Part shown: piece after piece, positions 1 to 10,834 of the stretch
How positions within the stretch are numbered: position 1 is the first letter of the stretch
Layout: every line of letters starts with the position of its first letter
DNA from: an uncultured Methanosarcinaceae archaeon
GTDB lineage: Archaea > Halobacteriota > Methanosarcinia > Methanosarcinales > Methanosarcinaceae
DNA length: 64,000 nt
Assembly (NCBI GenBank): GCA_963833425.1
Contig: CAWHXP010000008.1
Location: 372,578-436,577, forward strand
Direction: 5' to 3'
Made by a program: the position numbers and the translations under genes
Notes under the pieces: model-generated
Told to the model about the DNA's origin: nothing
Seen by the model: only the letters and a program-made list of their open reading frames with translations
The model's database searches: none

Positions 1-2
1 AT

Positions 3-1262
3 AAGGATGAAATTCTGGACATCTATACCCATGCATGTGAAGCCGAAGGTAAGACTGATATTGCAATCATAGAAGGGGTTCGTGGGCTTTATGAAGGTTT
101 CGAAAGCTTAAGCGACCTTGGAAGCACTGCACAGATCGCAAAGATACTAAATTGTCCAGTAATCCTAGTAATCAATGCACAGGGCATTACGCGTTCGAGT
201 GCTGCTCTGGTCAACGGATACAAAAACTTCGACTTAGACGTGAAAATTGCAGGAGTTATTCTCAACAACATCGGAAGCCGCCGTCATGCTGAAAAGGCAA
301 AAGAAGCGATCGAGTACTACACCGATATTTCTGTATTAGGTGTCCTCCCCAGAGATCCAGCAATGCAAATTTCCATGCGCCATCTAGGGCTTATGCCGGC
401 TCTTGAAGGCAGAAGAAGGCTAGGAGATGGAGTTTTTGAAGCCCGACTCATGGGCATTGAGGAGATTATTAGCGAGGGAATAGATGTTGACCGCATCCTG
501 AAAATTGCAAGCAGCGCAAAACCTTTGAAAATTTCAAAAAACACCATTTTTGCCTCTACTTTCATTGAAAGAAAATGTAAACCGAAAATAGGTGTTGCAA
601 TGGATGAAGCTTTCAATTTCTACTATCGCGATAACATAGACCTTCTGAAGCTTGCAGGAGCAGAAATTGTTTATTTCAGCCCTGTTAAAGATCCTGCGCT
701 CCCTGAAGTTGATGGGCTCTATATCGGGGGCGGCTATCCTGAGCTATTTGCAGCAGAACTTGAAGCTAATGAATCCATGCGATGGGATATCAAAAAAGCT
801 TCTTCTGAAGGCATGCCAATATATGCCGAGTGCGGAGGGCTGATGTACCTTACGAAAAAAATTAGCACAGGCATCCCTGGAATTGGCACTTACCACGATG
901 CATCAGTTCCAGAGTCCACGTACTCGATGGTTGGTGCACTACCGGGACATACAATCATGGGACAGACAAGGGTCGTCAGCTACAATATCGGGACTCTTGA
1001 GAGGGACTGTCTTATTGGTAAAAAGGGTAATAGCTTTAAAGGACACGAGTTCCATCACTCCGAAATAATGGAAATTCCTGATACTGCAGAATTTGCAATA
1101 ACACTTTCCAGAGGGACAGGGATAAAAAACGATAGAGATGGGCTCATTTCCCAAAATACTCTTGGATCTTACGCTCATCTGCATGGAGTTGCATACAGGG
1201 AGCTTGTGAGCACAATTGTAGAGGCTGCTAAAAAGTTCAAGGAGCGCAAAGTTTTTTCATAA
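3..1262 (+). CDS. cfbB: Ni-sirohydrochlorin/cobyrinate a,c-diamide synthase (CfbB/CbiA family), 5'-truncated by the window edge
   Basis: Frame is open from base 3 (IAIIEGVRGLYEG...STAQIAKILNCPVILVIN). Also AFNFYY, GGGYPEL, YAECGGLMYL and GHEFH glutamine amidotransferase motifs. cfbB versus cbiA is by resemblance only. Confidence 0.85.
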   Translation, partial: KDEILDIYTHACEAEGKTDIAIIEGVRGLYEGFESLSDLGSTAQIAKILNCPVILVINAQGITRSSAALVNGYKNFDLDVKIAGVILNNIGSRRHAEKAKEAIEYYTDISVLGVLPRDPAMQISMRHLGLMPALEGRRRLGDGVFEARLMGIEEIISEGIDVDRILKIASSAKPLKISKNTIFASTFIERKCKPKIGVAMDEAFNFYYRDNIDLLKLAGAEIVYFSPVKDPALPEVDGLYIGGGYPELFAAELEANESMRWDIKKASSEGMPIYAECGGLMYLTKKISTGIPGIGTYHDASVPESTYSMVGALPGHTIMGQTRVVSYNIGTLERDCLIGKKGNSFKGHEFHHSEIMEIPDTAEFAITLSRGTGIKNDRDGLISQNTLGSYAHLHGVAYRELVSTIVEAAKKFKERKVFS

Positions 1263-1485
1263 ACCTGGTCTATGCAAGCATTAAGGATTGCTTGTGAGCA
1301 ACAAGCTCATGTAAAAATGAATGGAAGAGTTATAAAACCCCAATAAAGTACAGGTCTTGGGTCTATAAAGGTAAGAAAAAATATTAGACCAATCCAGGTT
1401 ATGAAACAAGTCAGTTGGGATCAACCAGATTAATAATAAGCAAGGTTATTGAAAATAACCTGTTTTTGTTTTATTTTATTTTCAG

Positions 1486-2547
1486 GTGAACTTCTTGAGA
1501 ACACAACTTATAGGAGACAGAGTCCTTGCAGGAAAAGAAGCGTTAGATGAATTTTATAAAACTAATTATTTTGGGCATCCTAAAGACGATATACTCGAAC
1601 TCTCGCTTTTAGAAGCCGCTTTTCTATTGTCCAGAGGAAAGCTTGAGATTGAACTTGAAGGCAAAATAATCGATTTCAAAGATTTTTTTGAACAAGCTTC
1701 TTTGAAGCAGCAGAATTTTGAGCTGAAGTACATAGTTTATAGGGATTTAAAGGATAGGGGGTATTATGCCCAGCCATCGGCTGTGGATTTTAGAGTATAT
1801 CAAAGGGGCAGCCACCCCGGTAAAAGTGCAGCAAAAATTTTTGTGCGTGTCCAATCGGAGAGACAACCCCTGCCTGTAAAAATTCTTCAAGAATCTGTTG
1901 CAGCGTCAGAAAATGTGCACAAACAATTTATTCTTGCTGTGGTTGATGAAGAAGGAGACATAACTTTCTACGAAGTTAAAACCGAAGTCCCTAAAGGAGA
2001 AATGACTCTGCAACTTTCTACAATCAAAACAGATACGACTTTCCTGGAAGACAGGGTAATATCCTGGGACTCTAAGACCTCCGAAACTCTCCATCAAGGA
2101 GGTTTTTACGGGAAAATGCTTGACTCTGAAAGGCTGCAACTCTCCCTGGTTGAGTCCCTTTACCTTTTATCCAAAGGGATAATCACGGTTAGAAACAGGG
2201 AAGGTAAGGTGTTTTCGTTTGATAAATTTGTAGAAAAAGCTTCTGAAATTGAAAGTTCTTTTTTTAGGAAATTTAGAACGTATAAGAACCTCCGGGATTC
2301 TGGGCATGTTGTCAAAACCGGCTTTAAGTTTGGCACGCATTTCAGAGTCTACCGAAAAATCGAGTCAATAGAATGTATTCCGCATTCAGAATATCTCGTA
2401 AATACCATTCCTACTGATTTCGATTTCAGACTTCCAGTTATGTCAGGAGCAGTACGGCTTGCAAACAGCGTGCATAAGACACTCCTTTTTGCAGTAGAAA
2501 AAGGAGATGAGATAAAGTATCTGAATATCTGTAGAATTAAAATGTGA
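1486..2547 (+). CDS. endA: tRNA-splicing endonuclease (two-repeat, homodimeric type)
   Basis: Two repeated units (LSLLEAAFL / LSLVESLYL), KTGFKFGTHFRVY, PHSEY and VRLANSV motifs. Confidence 0.95.
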   Translation: MNFLRTQLIGDRVLAGKEALDEFYKTNYFGHPKDDILELSLLEAAFLLSRGKLEIELEGKIIDFKDFFEQASLKQQNFELKYIVYRDLKDRGYYAQPSAVDFRVYQRGSHPGKSAAKIFVRVQSERQPLPVKILQESVAASENVHKQFILAVVDEEGDITFYEVKTEVPKGEMTLQLSTIKTDTTFLEDRVISWDSKTSETLHQGGFYGKMLDSERLQLSLVESLYLLSKGIITVRNREGKVFSFDKFVEKASEIESSFFRKFRTYKNLRDSGHVVKTGFKFGTHFRVYRKIESIECIPHSEYLVNTIPTDFDFRLPVMSGAVRLANSVHKTLLFAVEKGDEIKYLNICRIKM

Positions 2548-2631
2548 TACATTAAAAGTGTTTTTTCGCGTTTTCCTTACCCTCTACCTATTATTCATAA
2601 AAATAAAATCTTCAGCCCGAGAGTGAAATAA

Positions 2632-3027
2632 ATGTGGGATATCATCGCAGTGGACATTTCTGGTAGACACAGGATTAAAAGAAATTATTATATGGTCTGT
2701 GCTGCAGCTGCCCTTAAGGTCTCAGCTAGTCATATAGAAAAAGTCAAACAAATCAAAATTCAGTCCCTCTGGATCAAAAGGGATCCTACTTTATTAGATA
2801 TCGTACAGCTTATTGAAGATACAGCTGACCAGCTTTCCTTCGAAGGCACGATTGTGGCAGAAAGGGGTGATATATACAATAAACCCCTATGGGTTCCAGA
2901 AGTGATGTTTTCCAGAGCTTTCAAATACCAGGAATCCATTGCGGAGAGAAGGGCGATTGAACTTGTGCACCATATATCTTTGAGCGTCCGTAATTTACTT
3001 ATCAATAAACTTGAAATAGAGATATGA
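2632..3027 (+). CDS. Conserved archaeal protein, DUF2209-like
   Basis: IIAVDISGRH N-terminus; stop overlaps the hflX start (ATGA). Confidence 0.7.
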   Translation: MWDIIAVDISGRHRIKRNYYMVCAAAALKVSASHIEKVKQIKIQSLWIKRDPTLLDIVQLIEDTADQLSFEGTIVAERGDIYNKPLWVPEVMFSRAFKYQESIAERRAIELVHHISLSVRNLLINKLEIEI

Positions 3028-4310
3028 CAATTTCAGACAAAAATAAAATAAGAAACGAGAACAAAGTAATTCTCGTTAAAAGAGCGAGCCCAAATTCAGA
3101 TCCTGAAAATGAATCGATTCTCTTCCAGGAACTTCAGGAACTAGCAAGAGCTGCGGGCTATCTTCCAGTTGGTAAACTTACTCAGACAAGGTTTCAGGAT
3201 TCAAGTTATCAACTTGGAAAAGGGAAAATAGAGGAACTTGCCGAATTAGTGAGAAGCTCAGACACAAAAAAAGTGATTTTCTACAACAGACTTTCTACAA
3301 AGCAACTATTCAACATTTCGAAAATTTGTCAATGCCATGTTATAGATAAATTCCAGCTTATTTTTGAAATATTTGCGAAAAGAGCAATCACCCATCGCTC
3401 CAAACTCCAGGTGGAACTTGCATGGCTAAAGTATGACGCTTCGAGAGCTAGAGTGGTTGTTTCCTTACTGAAAAAAGATGAAAGGCCAGGATTCATGGGG
3501 CTTGGAGATTATGAGAACTCTTATGAACAGGATCTGAAGAAAAGAATCTCAAGAATCGAAAGTGAGCTCGAATCGGCAGAAAAGGACGATGAAGCTCTGC
3601 GGACTTTCAGGCATAGGAAAGGATTTTCCGTAATTTCCCTTGCAGGGTACACAAATGCAGGAAAAAGTACTCTTTTCAATGCTATTGCAAATGAAAGTGT
3701 TGAAGTAAAGGATATGCTCTTTACAACACTAGTGCCTATGACCCGCGCCCTGGATCTTGGTGGAAGAAAAGCCCTTCTGACAGATACCGTAGGGTTTATC
3801 AAGGATCTTCCTCATTGGCTGGTAGATGCTTTCAAATCCACATTAAACGAAATTTATCTATCAGATCTTATTCTCCTTGTCGTAGATGTGAGCGAAAAGC
3901 CTGCGATAATCCTTCAAAAACTCTCGACATCCCATGATACTCTCTGGGATCAGATCCAGGGTGTCCCTGTCATCACAGTGCTTAACAAAACCGATCTACT
4001 TGAAAAATACGAGCTTGATAATATTATGGAACAGATAGAGTATATGGCCCCAAATCCAGTATTTGTCGCAGCAAAAGAAGAAACAGGTATCAATGCACTA
4101 AAAGCTGAAATCATAAGACATTTGCCATCCTGGTCTTTCTGCTCGCTCACTCTACCAAATTCAGAGGAAGGAATGTCAATTTTGTCATGGTTGTACGAAG
4201 AAGGAATAGTACATAAAATTGAGTATGGAAAATGGATTACTGTGGATTACGAAGCCAGGATAGAAATAATCAACAAGGCCCAAGCTTTGATAAATGTTGA
4301 AGAGAACTGA
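3024..4310 (+). CDS. hflX: GTPase HflX
   Basis: GKGKIEEL, KLQVELA, G1 GYTNAGKS, G3 DTVGF, G4 NKTD. Confidence 0.95.
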   Translation: MTISDKNKIRNENKVILVKRASPNSDPENESILFQELQELARAAGYLPVGKLTQTRFQDSSYQLGKGKIEELAELVRSSDTKKVIFYNRLSTKQLFNISKICQCHVIDKFQLIFEIFAKRAITHRSKLQVELAWLKYDASRARVVVSLLKKDERPGFMGLGDYENSYEQDLKKRISRIESELESAEKDDEALRTFRHRKGFSVISLAGYTNAGKSTLFNAIANESVEVKDMLFTTLVPMTRALDLGGRKALLTDTVGFIKDLPHWLVDAFKSTLNEIYLSDLILLVVDVSEKPAIILQKLSTSHDTLWDQIQGVPVITVLNKTDLLEKYELDNIMEQIEYMAPNPVFVAAKEETGINALKAEIIRHLPSWSFCSLTLPNSEEGMSILSWLYEEGIVHKIEYGKWITVDYEARIEIINKAQALINVEEN

Positions 4311-4429
4311 AGATTTATGGAGGATTTCCTGGATCTTCTAAATGGTAGCTTTGTGGTCCATCCTTTCTTATAGGAATGATTAACAAAGAAGAAGCAGAAA
4401 TTACATACATAATCAGGGTTGAAGTTAAA

Positions 4430-4629
4430 GCTTATATATTTTGGGCCGAAGACCCAGTAATTTTACACTTTGTACCGTAATATGCTCATTATACAATGAT
4501 ATATCCTTTATGCGTCCTCCTGAAGACATTCTATCCAATAAACTTACACGAATGCAGAGTTCAAGATATTGGATTGATAGAGCATTTCAGGACGGAAAAG
4601 TAAGCTTTGAGGGCACAATAAAAGATTAG
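4430..4629 (+). pseudogene. Short transposase remnant, IS701-like
   Basis: Translation KLTRMQSSRYWIDRAFQDGK resembles the RYWIERxFQDxK segment of IS701-family DDE transposases; no full ORF. Confidence 0.4.
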
Positions 4630-5286
4630 GATGCTAAGAATCATTGTAGCATCACGTAGCAGTGTTAATTTTTAAGGTGCTCATTCTGTTGCCTTACTAA
4701 AAATTTTGACTCAGATACCGTTCAAGAATAAGAAAAGGAATCTTCAGATTGAAATATCCAAAATAGTTTTCTGCTGGAAAAACTAGATTTTTACTTTTCG
4801 TATTGGTATGTAAGTGATTTTTATAAGAAAAATTCATGAAATTTAAAATGATAGAATTAATGAGTTTGACAAAAATGGAAAAAGTAAAAATGATAGAATA
4901 AAAGTTCAACTAATCTAAACTTTAGAAAAGTGAACTGAGAAACTGCAAAAATAAATTAATTTGAAAATGCAAACCAGGAAGTTTTGTAGAATATTTAAAA
5001 TGTATAAGCCGGATGAAATGGAAACGATTTCGATAAACTGCTGATTCTTACGAGTAATTTCGATACAATTTACAATCACATGACAAAATTAATGAGTGCG
5101 TCGGAATTATCGATCTAATCTGTTGAACTTTATTCTTCTGTTCTATCTATGTGCATTATTCTAGTTGATCAAAAAATATTCAATAAGATGTTTCCAGGTT
5201 TCATTGAATAGTTAAACGGCCTATATGGTAAAACGAAAGTGAGGATTAATGCTTTAAGGGAAAGTTCCATATATTCAAGAGAAAAT

Positions 5287-6303
5287 ATGGGCACAAACAT
5301 AAGCGATCTGCTTCAGAAAAGAAAAATTGAGCTTTCGAGCCTTTCAAACCAAGTGCTTGCCATCGATGCATCTAACATGTTGCACCAATTCTTAAGCAAT
5401 ATTCGCCAACGAGACGGTAGTCCGCTGGTTGACGCTGGAGGGAGAATAACCTCTCATATTTCAGGCCTGTTCTATCGAACAGTAAACTTTGTTGAAGCTG
5501 GTATCAAACCTATCTTCGTCTTTGACGGGAAACCTCCTGAATTGAAATCTGAAACTCTGAACCGGAGAAAAGAATTAAGGGAATCTGCAAGGGAAAAATG
5601 GGAGATTGCAAAAGCTGAGGGGGATCTTGAAACGGCTTATAAGTATGCTCAGGCTTCCTCGAGAATGACACCTGAGATCGTTGAAGATTCAAAATACCTT
5701 CTTAACATTATGGGAATCCCCTTTGTTCAAGCTCCCTGTGAGGGGGAAGCGCAAGCAGCACATATGATTCTCACAAAGGATGCGAACTGCATTGCTTCTC
5801 AAGACTATGATTCCTTACTTTTTGGAGCCCAAATGATTATCCGGAACCTTGCTGTTACTGGAAAGCGTAAACTTCCCGGAAAGGATGCTTATGTTAATGT
5901 TGAACCTGAAATAATTGAATTGGAAGAAACCCTTTTCACTCTCGGAATCAACAGAGAACAGCTTATAGATATCGCGATCTGTGTGGGCACAGATTATAAT
6001 AAAGGCCTGAAAAAAGTAGGCCCGAAAACAGCCCTTAGGCTTATCAAAAAATATGGTTGTATTCATGCTGTGCTCCGTGAGAGAGGGGAAGAGATTGAAG
6101 ATTTAGATAGAGTAAGGGAACTTTTTATCCACCCTGAAATAACTGAGGATTATAAGATCAAATGGAGAAAACCTGACTCTGAAAAACTTATCGAATTTCT
6201 ATGTGACAATCACGGCTTTTCGGTTGAAAGAATTGAAAAAGCTGTAGAGCGTCTTAAAACAGGTTCAACAACGAATCAGAAAACTTTAGAACAATGGTTT
6301 TAA
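5287..6303 (+). CDS. fen: Flap endonuclease 1
   Basis: MGTNI start, [39 protein letters not shown]-terminal PIP box QKTLEQWF. Confidence 0.97.
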   Translation: MGTNISDLLQKRKIELSSLSNQVLAIDASNMLHQFLSNIRQRDGSPLVDAGGRITSHISGLFYRTVNFVEAGIKPIFVFDGKPPELKSETLNRRKELRESAREKWEIAKAEGDLETAYKYAQASSRMTPEIVEDSKYLLNIMGIPFVQAPCEGEAQAAHMILTKDANCIASQDYDSLLFGAQMIIRNLAVTGKRKLPGKDAYVNVEPEIIELEETLFTLGINREQLIDIAICVGTDYNKGLKKVGPKTALRLIKKYGCIHAVLRERGEEIEDLDRVRELFIHPEITEDYKIKWRKPDSEKLIEFLCDNHGFSVERIEKAVERLKTGSTTNQKTLEQWF

Positions 6304-6913
6304 CGGAATCGACTGTTCAACAGAAAGTTATTTGGATATCATATCCGTTCTGAACACAAATTTTTATTAAATACACGTGATTATTCAACCTGGGAAAACA
6401 ACATCAATAGCTATGTTAAGGGGAGTTTAAGGAAGAACTTTAAGCCAAATCAGGAAATTAGTCATTCAATAAACCAGCTAAGGTAAGCATTTAACAGATT
6501 GTGAATTAATAATTATAGCCGAACAAACAGTGTCTAGATATCTATATTAATAGGAAGTATATAGTAAATTCATAAATATATAACACCTAGTTGAAACAAT
6601 ATACTCATGTGTTCTTAAATATGGTTCTTGTAATTTTTCGTATATGCCAAGAGAGACTCTATAAGTGTATAAGTGGGAACGCGTCGCAGTTTTTCTCCGA
6701 AATTGGAGCTGTAACTATATTATTTAGAGCTGCCCATAAGCTTTGAAATCACTCTTTTTATCTACAGGAACGATCATTAATTCTATAATCCTATAAACTG
6801 CTCCGTGAGTTTAAAGAAAGATGCTATATTAAAAACAGAGTAAAAAAAGTAAAACAATTATATAGAATATATACATTATTAATTTAATGTAAAAGTTGAA
6901 TACGGAGATAAAT

Positions 6914-7687
6914 ATGAAAAAAATTCATGATATAAAAACACATTTGAATATACAAACAAGAATCTTGATTTTTATTGGACTCATTGTTTTGTTTTTAGTT
7001 CTAACTACAGCAGCAGTCGCCGGTCAGTCAGGTCCAGCTTTGAAAATAACAGAGCTAGCATTTCCTACAAGGTATACTGCTATAGAACAAAATATCACAT
7101 ACTTCTACATGGTAACTAACCCAGGAAATGTAAGTCTCACAGGAAATATAAATATTACAGATAATGTAACTGGAACAACTACCCTAAGCACCGATGGTCT
7201 TGACGTAGGCAGCATCCTTACGGGAACAAGTATCCACACAATAACGCAGGCAGATATTGATGCTGGTTCCGTAACCAATTTAGCATCTGCAACAGGTTCA
7301 TTCAACAATCAACCAGTAATTTCACCGAATGCTATTGCAACAGTTATCTATGAACATCCAACAAATAGCTCTGGGCCTACCAATGACGGCTATAGAGAAC
7401 CTGTTGTACCTGTAACTAAGATGCATGGCAGTGAACCTTATGGATATAACAGTGAACCTTATGGATATGGCAGTGAACCTTATGGATATATCAGCGAACC
7501 TAATGGATATAGCGATGTATGGGGTAGTAAACCTTCTAGAACAGCAGAAGTACCAAATTCAAACTCTCAGATATCCAAGGCAAAGGTTTCTATGAGTGAC
7601 CACAAGTATAAACACCACTCTAAACACCATAAAACAGAAAAAAATCATTCTAAACACCGCGAAGCAGAAAAAAATAACCAACTGTAA
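6914..7687 (+). CDS. Secreted/surface protein with DUF11/DUF7507-like Ig domain, SEPYGY repeats and His/Lys-rich tail
   Basis: GGAGA SD before ATG 6914; hydrophobic signal peptide; ITY-Y-VTN-GNV-L and ITQADIDAGSVTN-A-A motifs. Confidence 0.7.
   Translation: MKKIHDIKTHLNIQTRILIFIGLIVLFLVLTTAAVAGQSGPALKITELAFPTRYTAIEQNITYFYMVTNPGNVSLTGNINITDNVTGTTTLSTDGLDVGSILTGTSIHTITQADIDAGSVTNLASATGSFNNQPVISPNAIATVIYEHPTNSSGPTNDGYREPVVPVTKMHGSEPYGYNSEPYGYGSEPYGYISEPNGYSDVWGSKPSRTAEVPNSNSQISKAKVSMSDHKYKHHSKHHKTEKNHSKHREAEKNNQL
7427..7510 (+). repeat. Four tandem 21-bp repeats (NNCAGTGAACCTTATGGATAT) encoding xSEPYGY
   Basis: Read directly from the sequence; fourth copy is degenerate. Confidence 0.9.
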
Positions 7688-8400
7688 AGTAGATAAAAAA
7701 TAGTTGGAGTTCTGTTGCCATTAAATAGAAGTCACGAATGCGATAACAAACTAGAATCTCAGCTTCCAGTTTTATGGATAATAGACGCATACTGGCGAAA
7801 ACAAAAATGAGCAGAAGGATTTTAGATCCTTATTTGCTCAATCTTGTGACAATATGTTCCCGTTAAGACAATTACATTACAGTGGACCGCACTCATGTAG
7901 CGTCAGCGATTATAGAGCTCAATAACGCATTTTCTTGAGTCTTATATATATACTGCAGATTAAAGCATAAAGATCAAAAATATCTATTGCTGATATATAT
8001 CTTCAAACTAATTTTAGATAGGCTGAATAGTTACAAATGTACAGGCAATTAGACATAGATTAGCAAAAATAGGCCTGATCTTTTCTAAAGAACGCATAAA
8101 TATGCCTATACAAACAACTTTAAGAATCTGAGATTATTTCCATGGACAGGGATTCTATGGAACTTATTAGTCCCTTACATAACACAAAGCCACATGAATT
8201 TTTCAAATTTTTGCTTACTAACTCCAGGAAGTTCAGCCCTTTTCACAGATATGACCCATAATTTTAGGGATGCTAAAGACAGAATAAATATAGAAAGTTA
8301 TAACATTTCAAATTTTCTATCGTCATAGAATCAGAAATTAGTTCAGCTTAAAACCCCTTCTTCGAAATCTTGATATGAGATTATCAGAATCTACACAAAT

Positions 8401-9348
8401 ATGCTTTTACATGAACTATTTGACATCGAGGAAGATATCTATTTTGTGGAGGGAAGTTATCTCACCCAGCGAACTATTGAGCGTACACTACATTATCTCA
8501 AAGTAGTGGGGAACGTTTCTGAAGGACAGCAGATACATCTCTTGAGGGCCAGGGAAGGGGAGCACACCCTGGGACTGCTGATCTTTAATCCAGCAGATGA
8601 AGACGTTCCTGCAAATTTTTGGTCTGTGTTTACTGGAGCCCTTGCAGTAGCTCCAATGAAAAAAGAGTTTGAATCTATTGCGGATTCCCTTCTGGTCTCC
8701 AATATTCCTGAAAAAGATGTCGAGATTTCTTCCGAAAGGTGGAGAAATGCCGTGAATGAGTACTACTCCCTTATGCTTGTAAATCGGAACCTTTGTTCGG
8801 TTTGTACTTTCAAGCCTGAATCCTATGAAAGTGTTTTTTCCGAAGAGCGTGTGATTAGAGTGGCAAAAGTCTTGGATTTGCTTCAGACAAAGGGTTTTTA
8901 CTTTGGAGGAAGGCTCCTCGAAGTATGTTCTGGGAATGGAATGTCCACGCTCGCTCTCCACAGGCTTGGGCTAGACCCACTGGCAGTGGAAGTGAACAAA
9001 TGTGCGGTTTGTCAGGGACTTGAACATGGAGTCTTAGACCCGCAAAAAGTTATCGTAATGGATGCGACATCGATTTCCAAGTATTTCGATCCAGAAACCT
9101 TTGACGCAGTGATGGGATTTATGCTTGGGCTTATCTATGAATTTAATAAAGAACTCTGGACAGGTATAATAAGGGAGTCAGTCTCAGTTGCAAATAAAGG
9201 AGCTCTCTTGCTTTTCACAGTCAGTAGCAAGCCTGAAATTGAGATTCTGACCGAAGCTCTGAAAATGGCAGGAATCAAAGGGGAAATTATTGACAATACG
9301 CATTCGGAGGGAATCTATGATCAATGGGTCTTTGTCGGAAGAAAGTAA
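8401..9348 (+). CDS. Putative class I SAM-dependent methyltransferase
   Basis: Motif I-like LLEVCSGNG, then D-containing strands (VMDA, FDAV). Confidence 0.65.
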   Translation: MLLHELFDIEEDIYFVEGSYLTQRTIERTLHYLKVVGNVSEGQQIHLLRAREGEHTLGLLIFNPADEDVPANFWSVFTGALAVAPMKKEFESIADSLLVSNIPEKDVEISSERWRNAVNEYYSLMLVNRNLCSVCTFKPESYESVFSEERVIRVAKVLDLLQTKGFYFGGRLLEVCSGNGMSTLALHRLGLDPLAVEVNKCAVCQGLEHGVLDPQKVIVMDATSISKYFDPETFDAVMGFMLGLIYEFNKELWTGIIRESVSVANKGALLLFTVSSKPEIEILTEALKMAGIKGEIIDNTHSEGIYDQWVFVGRK

Positions 9349-9375
9349 TGAACTTAATTTGCAAGTTATAAATAC

Positions 9376-9918
9376 TCAATCCATACATACTGTATGCAGT
9401 GTTTCGTATATGGGAGATTCTGGAGTCAGTATGCTTTTCTTTAAAAGAATTTTATTCACTTTCATGTTACCCACTTGCACATCTTTGCATTCTTTAACGG
9501 TATTTATAAAAGCTTTTTTCTGGTCTCTATTGAGGGATTTCACCCTGGCAAGAGTAGCATGGGCTTTAAATTCTCTATTATCTTTTTCAAATTTAAAAGG
9601 TTTCAGTAGATTTTCAACATCTTCATGCAAAATTTTGAATTTTCCGGCTGCTTTCAACCAGAGAACTTTAGGGTTTGAAGGATTAGGAAAAACCCCCAAT
9701 CCCCCAATTATCGCTTCGAAAGGTTCACAAGTAATGGAATCAAGCGCTGAAGAAATTATTGAAATCCTTGATTCATCCACATCCCCCAAGAACTTCAAAG
9801 TGATGTGAACGATTTCAGGCTCAACAAACTTAAGATTAAAGCAAGAGAATCGGTCCTGGAGTTCCCTGATCTTTTCCCTAAAACTAGGATCTAGTTCAAC
9901 TGCTATGAATGTTCTCAT
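9376..9918 (-). CDS. thpR: RNA 2',3'-cyclic phosphodiesterase (2H family, LigT/ThpR)
   Basis: MRTFIAVE start; two HxT motifs (HITLKFLG, HATLAR). Confidence 0.93.
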   Translation of the reverse strand: MRTFIAVELDPSFREKIRELQDRFSCFNLKFVEPEIVHITLKFLGDVDESRISIISSALDSITCEPFEAIIGGLGVFPNPSNPKVLWLKAAGKFKILHEDVENLLKPFKFEKDNREFKAHATLARVKSLNRDQKKAFINTVKECKDVQVGNMKVNKILLKKSILTPESPIYETLHTVCMD

Positions 9919-9978
9919 CAAAATTTTCACCAATTTAAATAATAAAATCATCAGAAAAATCTTCCTATAAGGTACTTT

Positions 9979-10044
9979 TTGAACTACCTCTCCTCATCGG
10001 GTTGATACCTTCCGAAGGAGGAGCTTACACGCCTCAGGGTTCAA
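9979..10044 (-). mobile_element. Minimal non-autonomous IS200/IS605-type palindromic element
   Basis: TTGAACTACC...hairpin (CTCCT/AGGAG, TCGG/CCGA)...ACGCCTCAGGGTTCAA; ends resemble the IS605-type ends at 12183 and 54253-54268. Confidence 0.55.
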
Positions 10045-10153
10045 AATAATGAGGCAAAAAAGATAAATGTCTCAAGAAAATAGATCCCAAAAAAATACCC
10101 GTTTAAACCTTGATCAAAAAGCCATTAATATTTTTTTTCAAGATGAGTAATTG

Positions 10154-10834
10154 CTATATTTTTATCAACTCACCAAATAGCCTCTTTAGTTTTTGCTTCA
10201 TACTACCTGACATCTGTTTCAGGATGATAGGTAGTGGTGTAATTTTTCCTGCAGGTGCTACTGCTCCTTCCTTTATTGCCCTGAGCACAGCTTCTGTGGT
10301 ATTTTCGGAGGCTTCGATTTCGGTATATGCCTGACCCACCATTTCTGGAACATGGGAGTCGCTCCCTCCGACACCTGGGATTCCAAGCCTTCTTGCCTCT
10401 TTTTTGGCTTTAAGGTTGGCATTATTAAAAACGCAGCGGGAATTTAATACTTCAACCGCGTCAATATCAAGTCCTTCAAAACTTCCTATCCCATGAGAAC
10501 TTTGCTTGAAAGGATGGGGTATAATAACCGTGCCTCCAAGTCTCCTGGCCATCTCTATCGTTTCTTCCGGGCTTAAAAAAGATTCTATATTTTTCCTGAT
10601 TCCTAATACCAAAATATGTCCTTTTGAAGACGTCACCTCTACTCCGGGAATTACTGTGATGTCAAGACCAAGTTCTAAGGCTCTTTTTTCACAGGCAAGC
10701 CCTCCTTCCACGGTATCATGGTCACATATAGCAAAACCGTCAAGGTCCCTTTTAAGGACGACTTCAAGGATATCATCATGACTCGAGTTGCTATCTTTTG
10801 AATGATCGGAATGCACGTGAAGATCGAATTTCAT
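10154..10834 (-). CDS. PHP-domain metal-dependent phosphoesterase
   Basis: DLHVHS, ICDHD, PGVEV, GHIL, PHPF and GGSDSH motifs. Confidence 0.92.
   Translation of the reverse strand: MKFDLHVHSDHSKDSNSSHDDILEVVLKRDLDGFAICDHDTVEGGLACEKRALELGLDITVIPGVEVTSSKGHILVLGIRKNIESFLSPEETIEMARRLGGTVIIPHPFKQSSHGIGSFEGLDIDAVEVLNSRCVFNNANLKAKKEARRLGIPGVGGSDSHVPEMVGQAYTEIEASENTTEAVLRAIKEGAVAPAGKITPLPIILKQMSGSMKQKLKRLFGELIKI

Noticed and set aside
9290..9808. 172-aa + strand ORF
   Set aside because: Antisense to thpR with no motifs; the same applies to the many shadow ORFs opposite mgtA, glpX, rfcL, nnrD and DUF1269
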